Origin: Octopus bimaculoides
Taxonomy: Eukaryota
Reading direction: 5' to 3'
NCBI RefSeq assembly: GCF_001194135.2
Contig: NC_068987.1
Span: forward strand, 55,915,067 to 55,979,066
DNA: 64,000 bases
Part shown: piece after piece, positions 12,941-24,386 of the stretch
How the letters are laid out: each line of letters opens with the position of its first letter
Numbering within the stretch: the stretch's first letter is position 1
Notes under the pieces: model-generated
Seen by the model: the letters and a program-made list of their open reading frames with translations, nothing else
What the model was told of the DNA's origin: nothing
Databases searched by the model: none
Made by a program: the position numbers and the translations under genes

Positions 12941-13916
12941 NNNNNNNNNNNNNNNNNNNNNNNNNNNNNNNNNNNNNNNNNNNNNNNNNNNNNNNNNNNN
13001 NNNNNNNNNNNNNNNNNNNNNNNNNNNNNNNNNNNNNNNNNNNNNNNNNNNNNNNNNNNNNNNNNNNNNNNNNNNNNNNNNNNNNNNNNNNNNNNNNNNN
13101 NNNNNNNNNNNNNNNNNNNNNNNNNNNNNNNNNNNNNNNNNNNNNNNNNNNNNNNNNNNNNNNNNNNNNNNNNNNNNNNNNNNNNNNNNNNNNNNNNNNN
13201 NNNNNNNNNNNNNNNNNNNNNNNNNNNNNNNNNNNNNNNNNNNNNNNNNNNNNNNNNNNNNNNNNNNNNNNNNNNNNNNNNNNNNNNNNNNNNNNNNNNN
13301 NNNNNNNNNNNNNNNNNNNNNNNNNNNNNNNNNNNNNNNNNNNNNNNNNNNNNNNNNNNNNNNNNNNNNNNNNNNNNNNNNNNNNNNNNNNNNNNNNNNN
13401 NNNNNNNNNNNNNNNNNNNNNNNNNNNNNNNNNNNNNNNNNNNNNNNNNNNNNNNNNNNNNNNNNNNNNNNNNNNNNNNNNNNNNNNNNNNNNNNNNNNN
13501 NNNNNNNNNNNNNNNNNNNNNNNNNNNNNNNNNNNNNNNNNNNNNNNNNNNNNNNNNNNNNNNNNNNNNNNNNNNNNNNNNNNNNNNNNNNNNNNNNNNN
13601 NNNNNNNNNNNNNNNNNNNNNNNNNNNNNNNNNNNNNNNNNNNNNNNNNNNNNNNNNNNNNNNNNNNNNNNNNNNNNNNNNNNNNNNNNNNNNNNNNNNN
13701 NNNNNNNNNNNNNNNNNNNNNNNNNNNNNNNNNNNNNNNNNNNNNNNNNNNNNNNNNNNNNNNNNNNNNNNNNNNNNNNNNNNNNNNNNNNNNNNNNNNN
13801 NNNNNNNNNNNNNNNNNNNNNNNNNNNNNNNNNNNNNNNNNNNNNNNNNNNNNNNNNNNNNNNNNNNNNNNNNNNNNNNNNNNNNNNNNNNNNNNNNNNN
13901 NNNNNNNNNNATTATA

Positions 13917-14022
<106 letters not shown>

Positions 14023-14215
14023 AAGGCGGCAAGCAACCTGGCAGAATCGTTAGCTCGCTGGGCGAAAATTCTTAGCGGTATTTCGTCTGCTTGCTACGTT
14101 CTGAGGTCAAATTCCGCCGATGTCGACTTTGCCTGTCAACTTTTCGGAGTTGATGAATTAAATAACAGTGAAACATTGGGGTCGATGTGAGCGACTGTCC
14201 CCTTCCCCTCACACT
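14023..14215 (+). mobile_element. SINE family A
   Basis: A-box-like TGGCAGAATCG, B-box-like GGTCAAATTCC and shared body. Confidence 0.8.
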
Positions 14216-14329
14216 GCAGGCCTTGTAATAATCCTTGCTACTATGTAGAAAGGATCATCATCATCATCATCATCATTATTATTATTATTATTACTATTAT
14301 TATTATTATTATTATCATTATTATTACTA

Positions 14330-14540
14330 ACGCAGTGAGCTGGCAGAATCATTAGCACGATGGACGAAATGCTTAGCGGTATTTTACCTATCGCTACGCT
14401 CTGCGTTCAAATTCCGCCGAGGTAGACTTTGCTTTTCATCTTTTCAAAGTTGATAAATTAAGTACCAGTGAAACAGTGGGGTCGACACATCCCCTCCCCC
14501 AAAATGGCTGCTCTTGCGGCAAAATTTGAAACCATTATTA
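14330..14540 (+). mobile_element. SINE family A
   Basis: GAGCTGGCAGAATC...CGTTCAAATTCCGCCGAGG...GGGGTCGAC. Confidence 0.8.
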
Positions 14541-14545
14541 TTTCT

Positions 14546-14625
14546 AAGGCGGTGAGCTGGCAGAATTTAGCCCTATTTCGTCCGTCGCTACGTTCTGCGT
14601 TCAAATTCTGCCGAGGTCGATTTTG
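14546..14625 (+). mobile_element. SINE family A, internally deleted head
   Basis: GGCGGTGAGCTGGCAGAAT...GTTCAAATTCTGCCGAGGTCGA. Confidence 0.65.
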
Positions 14626-14649
14626 CTTTTCATCGTTCAGTATCCGGGT

Positions 14650-14762
14650 AGCGAAATTTTTTCCCGCAAGAATTCCCAGTAATGAACTTATTTGCATACA
14701 GCCTATCAGAGCCCACCTTGACCTTGCTGTCAAGTTAACATAGGTTGGTATTCAAAATGGCG
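14650..14762 (+). promoter_or_regulatory. Candidate Pol II promoter motif cluster
   Basis: E2F-like TTTCCCGC (~14660), ZNF143-like AATTCCCAG (14671), octamer ATTTGCAT (14690-14697), YY1-like CAAAATGGCG (14753); unique sequence; strong donor GCG|GTAAGT at 14855. Confidence 0.4.
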
Positions 14763-15179
14763 ACCTCCGATTGCTATGCGAATCTTGTATTGTGCTCTCA
14801 TTCAGATGCCAATATCATCGATACTGAGATACTGAACACATACGCTGGTTAGCGGTAAGTTTGAATCACTATAGCAATAAAAGATGATGTTTTTGACGAA
14901 TATGAAAGTAAGGAAACTGTTCGAAGGTTTTATAAATACCCATTGATTCATTGATACGAATTATGGACGTGTGAGTATTGTTAATGTATTTTTGGCTATC
15001 CCAATCCCACATGTGCATTTTCCTGTGGTCTCCAGCGAAAAGCGAGTTTTATGAGCTTTTGTATAAAAAAAAAAATAGTCACGAAAATGTGTGAGTACTA
15101 TTATATTAGTAATAATTATAGATCTGTTTATTATAATTACTGTATTTAATTCTATGACACTAGTCTACAGAGCTCTGAT

Positions 15180-15904
15180 TGGTTGGATGCAAATGAATTT
15201 ATAACTGGGGACCAGAACTTTCGTGGGAAAAAAATTTCGCCTCCGGGCATTGCTGACTTGTGGGGTTATGTCGAACAGCTACTGTCACGTGTGGGATGGA
15301 TCCATCTGTCAGTCGAGTTTGTAGTGATGACTGCTCTGCCGCCCTTCTTCAATCGGGCAAGCAAAGCAGTTTTCCTTTGCCTGGTGGCTGTGGTGGAAAA
15401 GGTTGTTTGGTGGACAAGGCTGAATGGTATGCGGACAGATACATTCCTCTTTGGTAGAGCTCTCATTGACTTCTTTAAGTTTCACTTGAAAAGGAAATAG
15501 AGAGTGGAGAGGGAAGTGCTGTCCTCGAGTAAGTTTATTGAAAGCTGAGTGAAAGTTGCGAAAAGGACAAGAGTGGATGGTACCTCTCTAAGTGTAGACC
15601 CGTGAGTCAGAAAAAATGGGTTGGAGAAGGTACTTGCTCTTAGGATTTCAAGGAAATCTTGGACAGTGGGGTCTTTCGATTATCCCTAGAGACCTTCCTG
15701 TATCAGGAGGGCCACATTTCTGTCATCCTTCCTGCCACTTTTGTTTAACCTTTGTATGCAATGCATATGTCCCTTCTTTTTCAGGGTATACCGTGTATAC
15801 TTACTATTTTTTTAATCATTTCATTATATGTAAATCCTGTTTACATATATGTCCGTCTTTGTAATGACCCCTCATTCTTCGCCCTTCTGGCAAATAAATG
15901 AAAT
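15180..15904 (+). mobile_element. 5'-truncated Tx1/L1-clade LINE 3' end with 3'UTR
   Basis: LWGYVEQLLSRVG...VWWTRLNGMRTDTFLFGRALIDFFKFHLKRK, homologous to 40547-40957; ends GGCAAATAAATGAAAT plus (TAT)n. Confidence 0.8.
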
Positions 15905-15907
15905 CAC

Positions 15908-15959
<52 letters not shown>

Positions 15960-15980
15960 GTGTTGTTGTTGTTGTTGTTG

Positions 15981-16026
<46 letters not shown>

Positions 16027-16050
16027 CATTATTGCTATTAGTATTATTAT
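15908..16050. repeat. Compound (TAT)n/(TGT)n microsatellite
   Basis: Direct tandem repeat. Confidence 0.95.
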
Positions 16051-16417
16051 TATTTACTTGCTCTTATTGCTCTTACGTATCAACTTGTGTCTCTGCGGTA
16101 GGTTAATCTCTGTTTCTGTTTCTGTGTTTCTAAGTCTGATTCTATATTTCCGTTATGTTGGTTTGGTTTGTCTCTCGCTGTCTTTTTGTTTTCTTATTGC
16201 TTGTGATGTTTGCTTTTGGTTATTTTCATCGTTGTTTTATTTTTCCTATAACCTTTGTTTCTTCTGATTTGTTGTTTGTTGTTGTTGTTGTTGTTGTTGT
16301 TACTGTAGTTATTATTATTATTATCCGTTATTACAGTATTAGTTGACTTTTAATTTGTTTGTATCTAAGTTGGATATTCGATTGTTTATTATATTAGTTT
16401 TCTTTCCTTTATTGTCA

Positions 16418-16492
16418 TTCTTCTTCTTCTTCTTCTTCTTCTTCTTCTTCTTCTTCTTCTTCTTCTTCTTCTTCTTCTTCTTCTTCTTCTTC
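16418..16492. repeat. (TTC)n microsatellite
   Basis: Direct tandem repeat. Confidence 0.95.
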
Positions 16493-16905
16493 ACCATCAT
16501 CATCATTATCGTTATTATTTCCCTTCCTCTTTATAAATTTTTGTTTTTTGTCTATTTCTTTGCTCGTTCGATTTCACTTTACATATGATAATTCAATGAT
16601 ACTCGTTTGAATTTCGTCAAGAATTTTGTTTGTTTATCTAAAACTAAAAAGAACAAAAGAAATAAAAGGAGAAATACGTTTATGCATATACAAATGCATA
16701 ATTTATCTGCAATACATATAGATGTACATACATACGCACACATACATACATACATACATANNNNNNNNNNNNNNNNNNNNNNNNNNNNNNNNNNNNNNNN
16801 NNNNNNNNNNNNNNNNNNNNNNNNNNNNNNNNNNNNNNNNNNNNNNNNNNNNNNNNNNNNNNNNNNNNNNNNNNNNNNNNNNNNNNNNNNNNNNNNNNNN
16901 NNNNN

Positions 16906-16946
<41 letters not shown>

Positions 16947-17076
16947 CACATTTTTGTATGTATGTGTTCTGATTAAGTATTCATGAATAATTTATCTACG
17001 CAATTCTCCGTTATTGCAATACAGATTCACACACGAATCAATGTATTTCTCATTATACTAACTGCAGGCAAGTGTG

Positions 17077-17122
<46 letters not shown>

Positions 17123-17123
17123 A

Positions 17124-17156
<33 letters not shown>

Positions 17157-17332
17157 TCGATCAATCGATCGATCAGTCAATATATCTATCTAGTTAGTTA
17201 TCTTACTGGCTAAATAAGTACCCATCTACCTCTCTGTATCTTTCTATCTATGAATCTTTCGATGTGTCTATGTAGTTATCTACTAAGCATCCATCTATTC
17301 ATTCATTCATTCATCCATTCATTTATTTATTC

Positions 17333-17400
<68 letters not shown>

Positions 17401-17949
17401 GTCTGTCTGTCAAAATGCATGCATTTATCAAAGTATGCAGTATTATAGATCCAGTTCAACCGATCTTACCAATATGTTTCCCAATGTGTATCAAACAACC
17501 GGATATTATACAACGGAACGGTTACATAATACCACTTGCTTTTCAGAGTTAGCATTTATAGAAAAACATGCCAATTGCTCTATGTTATTGGGAGTGAAAA
17601 ATGTTACATCCGGTTTTTAGGTGCTATGAAAATAGACTAATCGGTGTTGTTGGAGGTGTAATGAGTAAGAGTTTTATCAAGTTATGTCTTTTGGCCCCAG
17701 ACTATCTGACATGCTGAGAAAATATATACAGGCTGTATTTAGGACTTTCGATTAGTATAAAGTTGAAATGTGTAGGTTTTTAGTGAGAATGGAGAGTGTC
17801 CGAAGCTTTAAGCCTACGGTCGGAAGCATATATATTTAAGTTCATTTTTATTAGTGTTGGTTAAACCCTGCTGAATTCTCATAAAGTGATTGTGGGAGGA
17901 TCAAAGGTGGAGTACCTAGTGATTATAGTCCTGTCGGGATTGTAGGTAA

Positions 17950-18770
17950 AAAATACACCTTGTCTCGTGTGGACAAGAATTAAAGATCTCATTCGAGTTC
18001 TGAGAATTTTTAAATATGATGTTTTCTCGGCTAAACATAATCCACAATTTTTGCTGCAATAAAAATAAGACTTGTACTTCTCTTGTATTTTTCACTTGAC
18101 ATTGTACTCCGTAGCGCTTCCATTCAACTATCATACAAGCCTAGACAGGGCTGTGACATTTCGTTTCTTCTCGATATTGAAGAAGGTTTTATAGTTGTTG
18201 AACCTGATAATGATAGATCCTGCTGTCGCTCCCACATAACTTCCAACATTTTGCTACTCATTGGAGTATTTTGATGTTACTTCTGCGTCATATGTTTTTG
18301 TGTTACAGTAGCTGTTAAGGGGACAAGTAGTACTGCCTCTACCGCATGTATGGACATACCTACCAATATTTTCTTTACAGAAGTTGTACAGCTGAAGGAA
18401 ACTACTAAGGTGTGCCTATGAAAACTCTTACTTGAACCTATTCGTACGAGGTAAGTGTTTATCCACTTAGGAATAGCTTATCCACACAGGCTTTTAGACC
18501 TGTGGTATTTTTTTGTGGAAATTAGGGTCTGGCGTGTAACTAATCATATTCTTAAAACCACAAACAACCAGAGCCTCATTGTAGTACGAGGCAGCGGCAT
18601 CAAAAATATATTTACTTGAAAAAATCTCGGAGAATTTTTCTGCTGACCCTCTTTACCAGTTTCCTAAACATTATAGCTGGATAAAAAAGAAGCTGATTAA
18701 TGTATGTCAGCCTTTCATTCGGTTTCTGAAAAGGCTTATAAGAACAGTCACACTCTCGATGGACTTTGAA
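17950..18770 (-). mobile_element. Decayed Penelope-like element: RT thumb, linker, Cys motif and GIY-YIG endonuclease
   Basis: YKPFQKPNERLTYIN, SSKYIFDAAASYYNEAL, TCGRGSTTCPLNSYC, YDAEVT...YVGATAG...RFNNYK...TALSR, CGLCLAEK. Confidence 0.8.
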
Positions 18771-18984
18771 AAGACCTGCAAGGCCTGAAGCACCGGACTA
18801 GATCCTTCATTTCTTCCCTCCGTGCTGTGTTCTTACTCTATCAAGATTGATTTTTACAATTATCGTTTCATGTTGATAAAATACGAACCAGTTATATATT
18901 TTGGTTTAATCAATCTGCTGCATACTCTCTTATACAATATATGCTCTCTCTACATATAATGCTATCTATATTTAAACTCAAATC

Positions 18985-20100
18985 ACCCATGATCGACAAA
19001 ACCAGTTGTTAAAAAACATTTTACCTGTGACCATCTCGTCTTTTTATATCAATTCAGGTATTATGTAATCATGGAAAATTGCATTTTCTGATGCGTTCTT
19101 TCCAATTAACAACAAGGTCTTACTTGAGGGAGATTTGGTTGCTATTTCTAGTAGTTCGAGCGACAACGTAGAGCCAAAAATGGAGAAAGTTAAAGAGGGA
19201 ACGAGTTATCTAAATTGTTGTTCACTCTGCAATAAATAGCAACCAAATATGTCTCTAGTCATAGCCTTCCGTCATAAAAACAGAATGACAAGTTGGTTTT
19301 GGTACTCTCAGTTATACCGGATCTAAAAACAGATTGGATGCACATAATGGAACTCTGTTGTTAATAAATCAGCTCTAGTGAATCAGATTTGGGTCTAAAA
19401 AGTAACTACGTCATGTGATCCACGTAGTTACGTGTACGACGATATATAGCAGAATCGTAGAACAAGAAATAAACGACTTGCGCTAATTTGCTAAGTCCAT
19501 TCGTGATCAATTTAACTTCTTTAGGAAACTGGTAAAGAGGGTCAGCAGAAAAATTCTCCGAGATTTTTTCAAGTAAATATATTTTTGATGCCTCTGCCTC
19601 GTACTACAATGAGGCTCTGGTTGTTTGTGGTTTTAAGAATATGATCAATTTAACTTCTCATTTTCCAGGATCGGCAAAATAACTACCTGCTGCTGTTGTC
19701 TTTGTTATTGATGTTTGGACGCTACCTCCACAGGTTTCACTGATCGAGCAGACCCATGATTAAAGATGTTCTAGTTGTAACCAGCCCGTCTTTTTCCCTC
19801 GTGTTCAGCGAACTCGGCCTTACATTATTTGAGGGATAACTGGTTGTTATTTCTTTCTGGCCGAGCAGCCACATAGAGGCACACGTTGGCACCCTAGAAC
19901 TGTATAGCATTAGTATTGTTGTTGTAGTTTAGTCCCGGTCAGTTAGTCCTGACTGAGCAGATCTACAATGAAAAATATTATTCCTGTCATGACTACTCGT
20001 ATTTCGACATTTTTTGATACCACCTTATTTAACTTGGAGAATGTAATATGTGGATGATCCGGATGCTGTCACTAACAGGTCGAGGTAACACGTAGAGACA
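18985..20100 (+). repeat. Cluster of fragments of an old dispersed repeat family (head ...TGATCGAGCAGACC.ATGAT.AAAG; tail GAGGGAGATTTGGTTGCTATTTCTAG..GTCGAG)
   Basis: Tail-like segments at ~19125, ~19830 and ~20070, heads at ~19740 and ~19925; related pieces at ~350, ~20935 and ~33140. Confidence 0.45.
19521..19641 (+). other. Templated inverted copy of 18547-18667 flanked by a 17 bp direct repeat
   Basis: Reverse complement of 18543-18668 with 1 mismatch; TGATCAATTTAACTTCT at 19504-19520 and 19642-19658. Confidence 0.9.
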
Positions 20101-20599
20101 CCCTCACTTGCACGCAGTACGGATGCTGCTCCTGTTGCTGTTTGTGTTATCGTAGAGCAGTGTTTCACCACCATTTCTTATCCATAGCCCCCATTGATTA
20201 CAATGAAAATTCTGGTGAACCCCATAACCATTCGATATTTAAAAACTAGTTTTATTGATTCTTCTTCCAAAATTACTATTTTGTTCATCACACAATTACT
20301 AGTGTAGGTCGAATTATGTAAAATGTTAGAGAAAGAAATCAAGTTGTTTCTTGCAATAAATACATCTAAAACAAAATTGTAACATGGATCCATAAAACAA
20401 TACTGTGGACCAATTTACTATTTATTTTGCTATTTACTATTTTACTCCCAAAAGTTTTGTATAGACACTGAGGGGTCATATGGACTCCGGTTGAGAACCA
20501 CAGATATGGAATGTAACTTGCTGTTGATAGGACTGCTATTAGGTAAAGTTATCTTCTCGAGTCATGCTGACTCATAAAGGCCGTGATAGGAAGTATCTT

Positions 20600-20930
20600 A
20601 CTCAAGAACACAACGCGTCGCCTGCTCGCAGAATAGAAACCACAATCTTACGATCATGAGTTCACTAAGCTTCGCGCCTCCACAAAAAAAGGTTACCGTC
20701 TCGAGTTCTGCCAACTCAAGGGCCGGTTTCCCGGTTTCCATGACATATAAATTCCCCACCTGGACAGGACGCCGGTCTGTCCATGGATTACTCTCTGTTG
20801 CCAGCTGAGTAGACTGGAGCAACATGAAATGATGTGTTTTGCTCACGAACACAACGCGTCGCTCGGTCCAGGAATCGAAACCACAATCTTATGATCATGA
20901 GTCCAACCACTAAACCGCGCGCCTCCACGG
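20600..20930 (-). mobile_element. Two partial tRNA-derived SINE heads with an intervening SINE body
   Basis: GAATCGAAACCACAATCTT..GATCATGAG...CGCGCCTCCAC occurs twice and matches the head of 33689-34068. Confidence 0.6.
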
Positions 20931-20984
20931 ACTGCTATTACTCACAGGTCGAGATAACATAGAGCAGACATTCTTATTCTTCAT

Positions 20985-21200
20985 TCTTTTATTCTTTTAC
21001 TTGTTTCAGTCATTTAACTGCGGCCATGCTGGAGTACCGCCTTAAAGGCTTATTCTTTGTAAGCCTTGTACTTTGTAAGCCTAGTACTTACTCTATCCGT
21101 CTCTTTTGCCAAACCGCTAAGTAACGGGGATGTTAGCACACCAACATCGGTTGTCAAGCAACGGTGGTGGGACAAACACTGACACAAAGATACACACACA
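20985..21200 (-). mobile_element. SINE family B (3' part)
   Basis: CTTTTACTTGTTTCAGTCATTTAACTGCGGCCATGCTGGAG...CCGCTAAGTAACGGGGA; shared with 23990-24090 and 61920-61990. Confidence 0.65.
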
Positions 21201-21789
21201 GAGAGACACACACAGACATATATATATGTACACGATAGGCTTCTTTATATATATATATATATGTGTGGGGGGGGGGGAAATTGGTATGTGAAAGCACNNN
21301 NNNNNNNNNNNNNNNNNNNNNNNNNNNNNNNNNNNNNNNNNNNNNNNNNNNNNNNNNNNNNNNNNNNNNNNNNNNNNNNNNNNNNNNNNNNNNNNNNNNN
21401 NNNNNNNNNNNNNNNNNNNNNNNNNNNNNNNNNNNNNNNNNNNNNNNNNNNNNNNNNNNNNNNNNNNNNNNNNNNNNNNNNNNNNNNNNNNNNNNNNNNN
21501 NNNNNNNNNNNNNNNNNNNNNNNNNNNNNNNNNNNNNNNNNNNNNNNNNNNNNNNNNNNNNNNNNNNNNNNNNNNNNNNNNNNNNNNNNNNNNNNNNNNN
21601 NNNNNNNNNNNNNNNNNNNNNNNNNNNNNNNNNNNNNNNNNNNNNNNNNNNNNNNNNNNNNNNNNNNNNNNNNNNNNNNNNNNNNNNNNNNNNNNNNNNN
21701 NNNNNNNNNNNNNNNNNNNNNNNNNNNNNNNNNNNNNNNNNNNNNNNNNNNNNNNNNNNNNNNNNNATATATATATATATATATACGAC

Positions 21790-21890
21790 AGGATTCTTTC
21801 AGTTTCCGTCTGCAAAATTCACTCACAAAACTTTGGTCGCCCCAAGGGTATAGCAGAAGACACTTGCCCAAGGTGCCACGCATGGGCAAC
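21790..21890 (-). mobile_element. SINE family B (5' part) across the gap
   Basis: TTTCAGTTTCCGTCT...ACTCACAAAACTTTGGTCG...AGAAGACACTTGCCCAAGGTGCCACGC; similar segments at 57490-57550 and 62425-62520. Confidence 0.55.
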
Positions 21891-22224
21891 AGCCGTCCGA
21901 ATGAGACATGACACACCATCAGGCAAGACGCACTAATAAAACATCTCAAGGCAATTTTTCGTTGGTGTGTCATTCAGAAAGTCACCGGGGCCGCAGTTTG
22001 CCGATGACTGACATACAGGTTCCCTCGCAGCTGTTGTTGTTGTTCTTGTTGTTGTTGTGCGTAGTTTGGAGTTGATTCAGTTGTTATTACTAACAGGTCT
22101 AAAGACCATGTTGATGCACTTTTATTTTTGTTTAATATAATCAATACCAGTTAAACTCCACCTTTTTTTTTTTTTACTCTCCCGAAATTTGTGTAGCTTT
22201 GCTTCAATATCAGAAATCAATATA

Positions 22225-22442
22225 CGTGCGGGTGCTGAAAAGTTCCTAGCTTTAAGTATATCACAAAAAGCTTGGTTGCAAGCCCAACAGACCGCGTTCT
22301 TTTACAGGGATTCGAACAACTGAGGAACCACTGTAATAAGTGTGTGAATCTGAGAGGAGGATATGTTGAATAAACATCATAATAATCTGATCGTCATGTT
22401 TTTTGTCTTACCTAAAGCCAAGAACTTTTCAGTAATCCCTCG
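22225..22442. mobile_element. Non-autonomous mariner-type MITE (218 bp)
   Basis: Imperfect ~30 bp TIRs (CGTGCGGGTGCTGAAAAGTTCCTAGCTTTA / TAAAGCCAAGAACTTTTCAGTAATCCCTCG), TA on both sides, internal remnant of a transposase 3' end (GGATATGTTGAATAA). Confidence 0.7.
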
Positions 22443-23249
22443 TACGTAATGTAAACTCAATAGAATGAGGACAATTAATTTAGATTAGATCTTTATTATT
22501 TATGCCGATTTTTTTTTGCTCTGTCTTTTTGTTGGTTGTGTTTGTATTTATTTATTTATTATTTTTAGTCCTCTGTTAACAGGTCCTGATGTAAAATTTG
22601 TAATCGCATTTCGATATTAAATCATCTTGGAATTATTTAACCGAGCTTGTTTATTTCTCCAGAACTGATGAAAGTTGCAGATATAGAAAATTGAAAAATA
22701 GTTTATTAGAAGCTCATCTCGGAAACTGTTCCATCGTATAAAGATAATCGTATAAAGATAATCGTGGTGATAGTGGATTTAACAGGAGGGGTGTGCATAG
22801 GAGGATAGCGGTAGATGATAATGACGCAGAGGATTACCATGATAATAACGGTGAATGTGGTGATGGTGACGGTGATAGTAGCGATTTCGGTGAGGAGGAA
22901 GCTAATAAAAGAAGAGATGGTAGGTGGAGAAGGGAGAAAGAGAAGAAAGATTAGCCGAAAGAAGAATGATAAGAGAGAGGCAATGGGGGGGGGCGAATGA
23001 GTAGGAAGGAGACGAAGAAGACAAGCCAGGGAAGAAGAAGAAGAAGAAGAAGAAGAAGAAGAAGAAGAAGAATCCAGTCGGTTAATGGAATTATGAACAG
23101 AATGCAAGGGAATGCCGTGATGTACAGAGGGGTGGATTGAGGTGGGAGGGCAGGATGTTGTCCGCTTAATCAAAGGAACCTTTTGTTCGTCTTTCAATTC
23201 AAAGCCGCTATACTGATTAGGGTCGCTGAGCTATCAAGCTGGTCGGGCT

Positions 23250-23485
23250 AAATTCTATTTAGAGATTTGCCCTCGTTTTATTCTTCATATCACCAAATTC
23301 TCGTTTCTGTGAATGAAGATTCTACAATGGAAGCGTTTCAAATGTTAATGCAATAACTCTTACCGTCTTCCTTTCTTCAGTTCGATAGAAACTCTTAGAT
23401 TTTACAAACTAATCTCATCATATCATCTGCGTATTCTATTTCAGTCTTAAACAGTAATGCCTTTTTTTTTTCATCTCCTTTCTGT
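23250..23485 (-). mobile_element. Decayed LINE reverse transcriptase fragment
   Basis: Minus frame LLFKTEIEYADDMMRL contains the YADD motif; clade not assignable. Confidence 0.4.
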
Positions 23486-23654
23486 TGCGAGCCAAGATAT
23501 TTATGATTTCAGAAACTGATCTTTATATATCAATACAAGGGTTTCGTTTTAACCTCAAGCATTGACCCAATGACGAAATATTTATAAACGATTATTTATT
23601 TGTTTTGTTTTAATTCTTATTCGACAATATATAAGTCTACGTTTCATATACACC

Positions 23655-23815
23655 ACTCTATCGTTTTGACCTAATATTGGCTTCAAATTCTTGACACAAG
23701 GCCAGCTTTTTCGGGGAGGGGTTGAATCGATTAAATTAACCCCAGTGCTCAGCTAGTACTTATTTTATCGACTCCCAAAAGGATGAAAGGCAGAGTTGAC
23801 CCCAGCGGAATGTCA
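23655..23815 (-). mobile_element. SINE family A, reverse orientation
   Basis: CCCAGTGCTCAGCTAGTACTTATTTTATCGAC.CC.AAAGGATGAAAGGC. Confidence 0.65.
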
Positions 23816-23989
23816 TTTTGATCTAATATTAACCATTTGCCTATCCAAAATATCTTCATAAGTTTGTCCTAAACATCTATGCTTGTTTTCAGACTTTTAG
23901 TTAGACTTTCATCTATCTTCTTCTTAGCGGTATTTCTTCCATCTCTACTTTCTCAGTCGAAAGAATCGACCGTAGTGATTGTCTTTCTT

Positions 23990-24090
23990 TAAAGCCTGGT
24001 ACTTATTCTATAGGCTTCGTTTTGCCGAACCACTAAGTTACGGGGATGTAAATGCACCAACACTGGTTGTCAAGCGGGAGTGCCACGTGT
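23990..24090 (-). mobile_element. SINE family B fragment
   Basis: AAGCCTGGTACTTATTCTAT...GCCGAACCACTAAGTTACGGGGA...GGTTGTCAAGCG. Confidence 0.65.
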
Positions 24091-24386
24091 ACACACACAT
24101 ACCTACACATATATATATATATATATATATNNNNNNNNNNNNNNNNNNNNNNNNNNNNNNNNNNNNNNNNNNNNNNNNNNNNNNNNNNNNNNNNNNNNNN
24201 NNNNNNNNNNNNNNNNNNNNNNNNNNNNNNNNNNNNNNNNNNNNNNNNNNNNNNNNNNNNNNNNNNNNNNNNNNNNNNNNNNNNNNNNNNNNNNNNNNNN
24301 NNNNNNNNNNNNNNNNNNNNNNNNNNNNNNNNNNNNNNNNNNNNNNNNNNNNNNNNNNNNNNNNNNNNNNNNNNNNNNNNNNNNNN

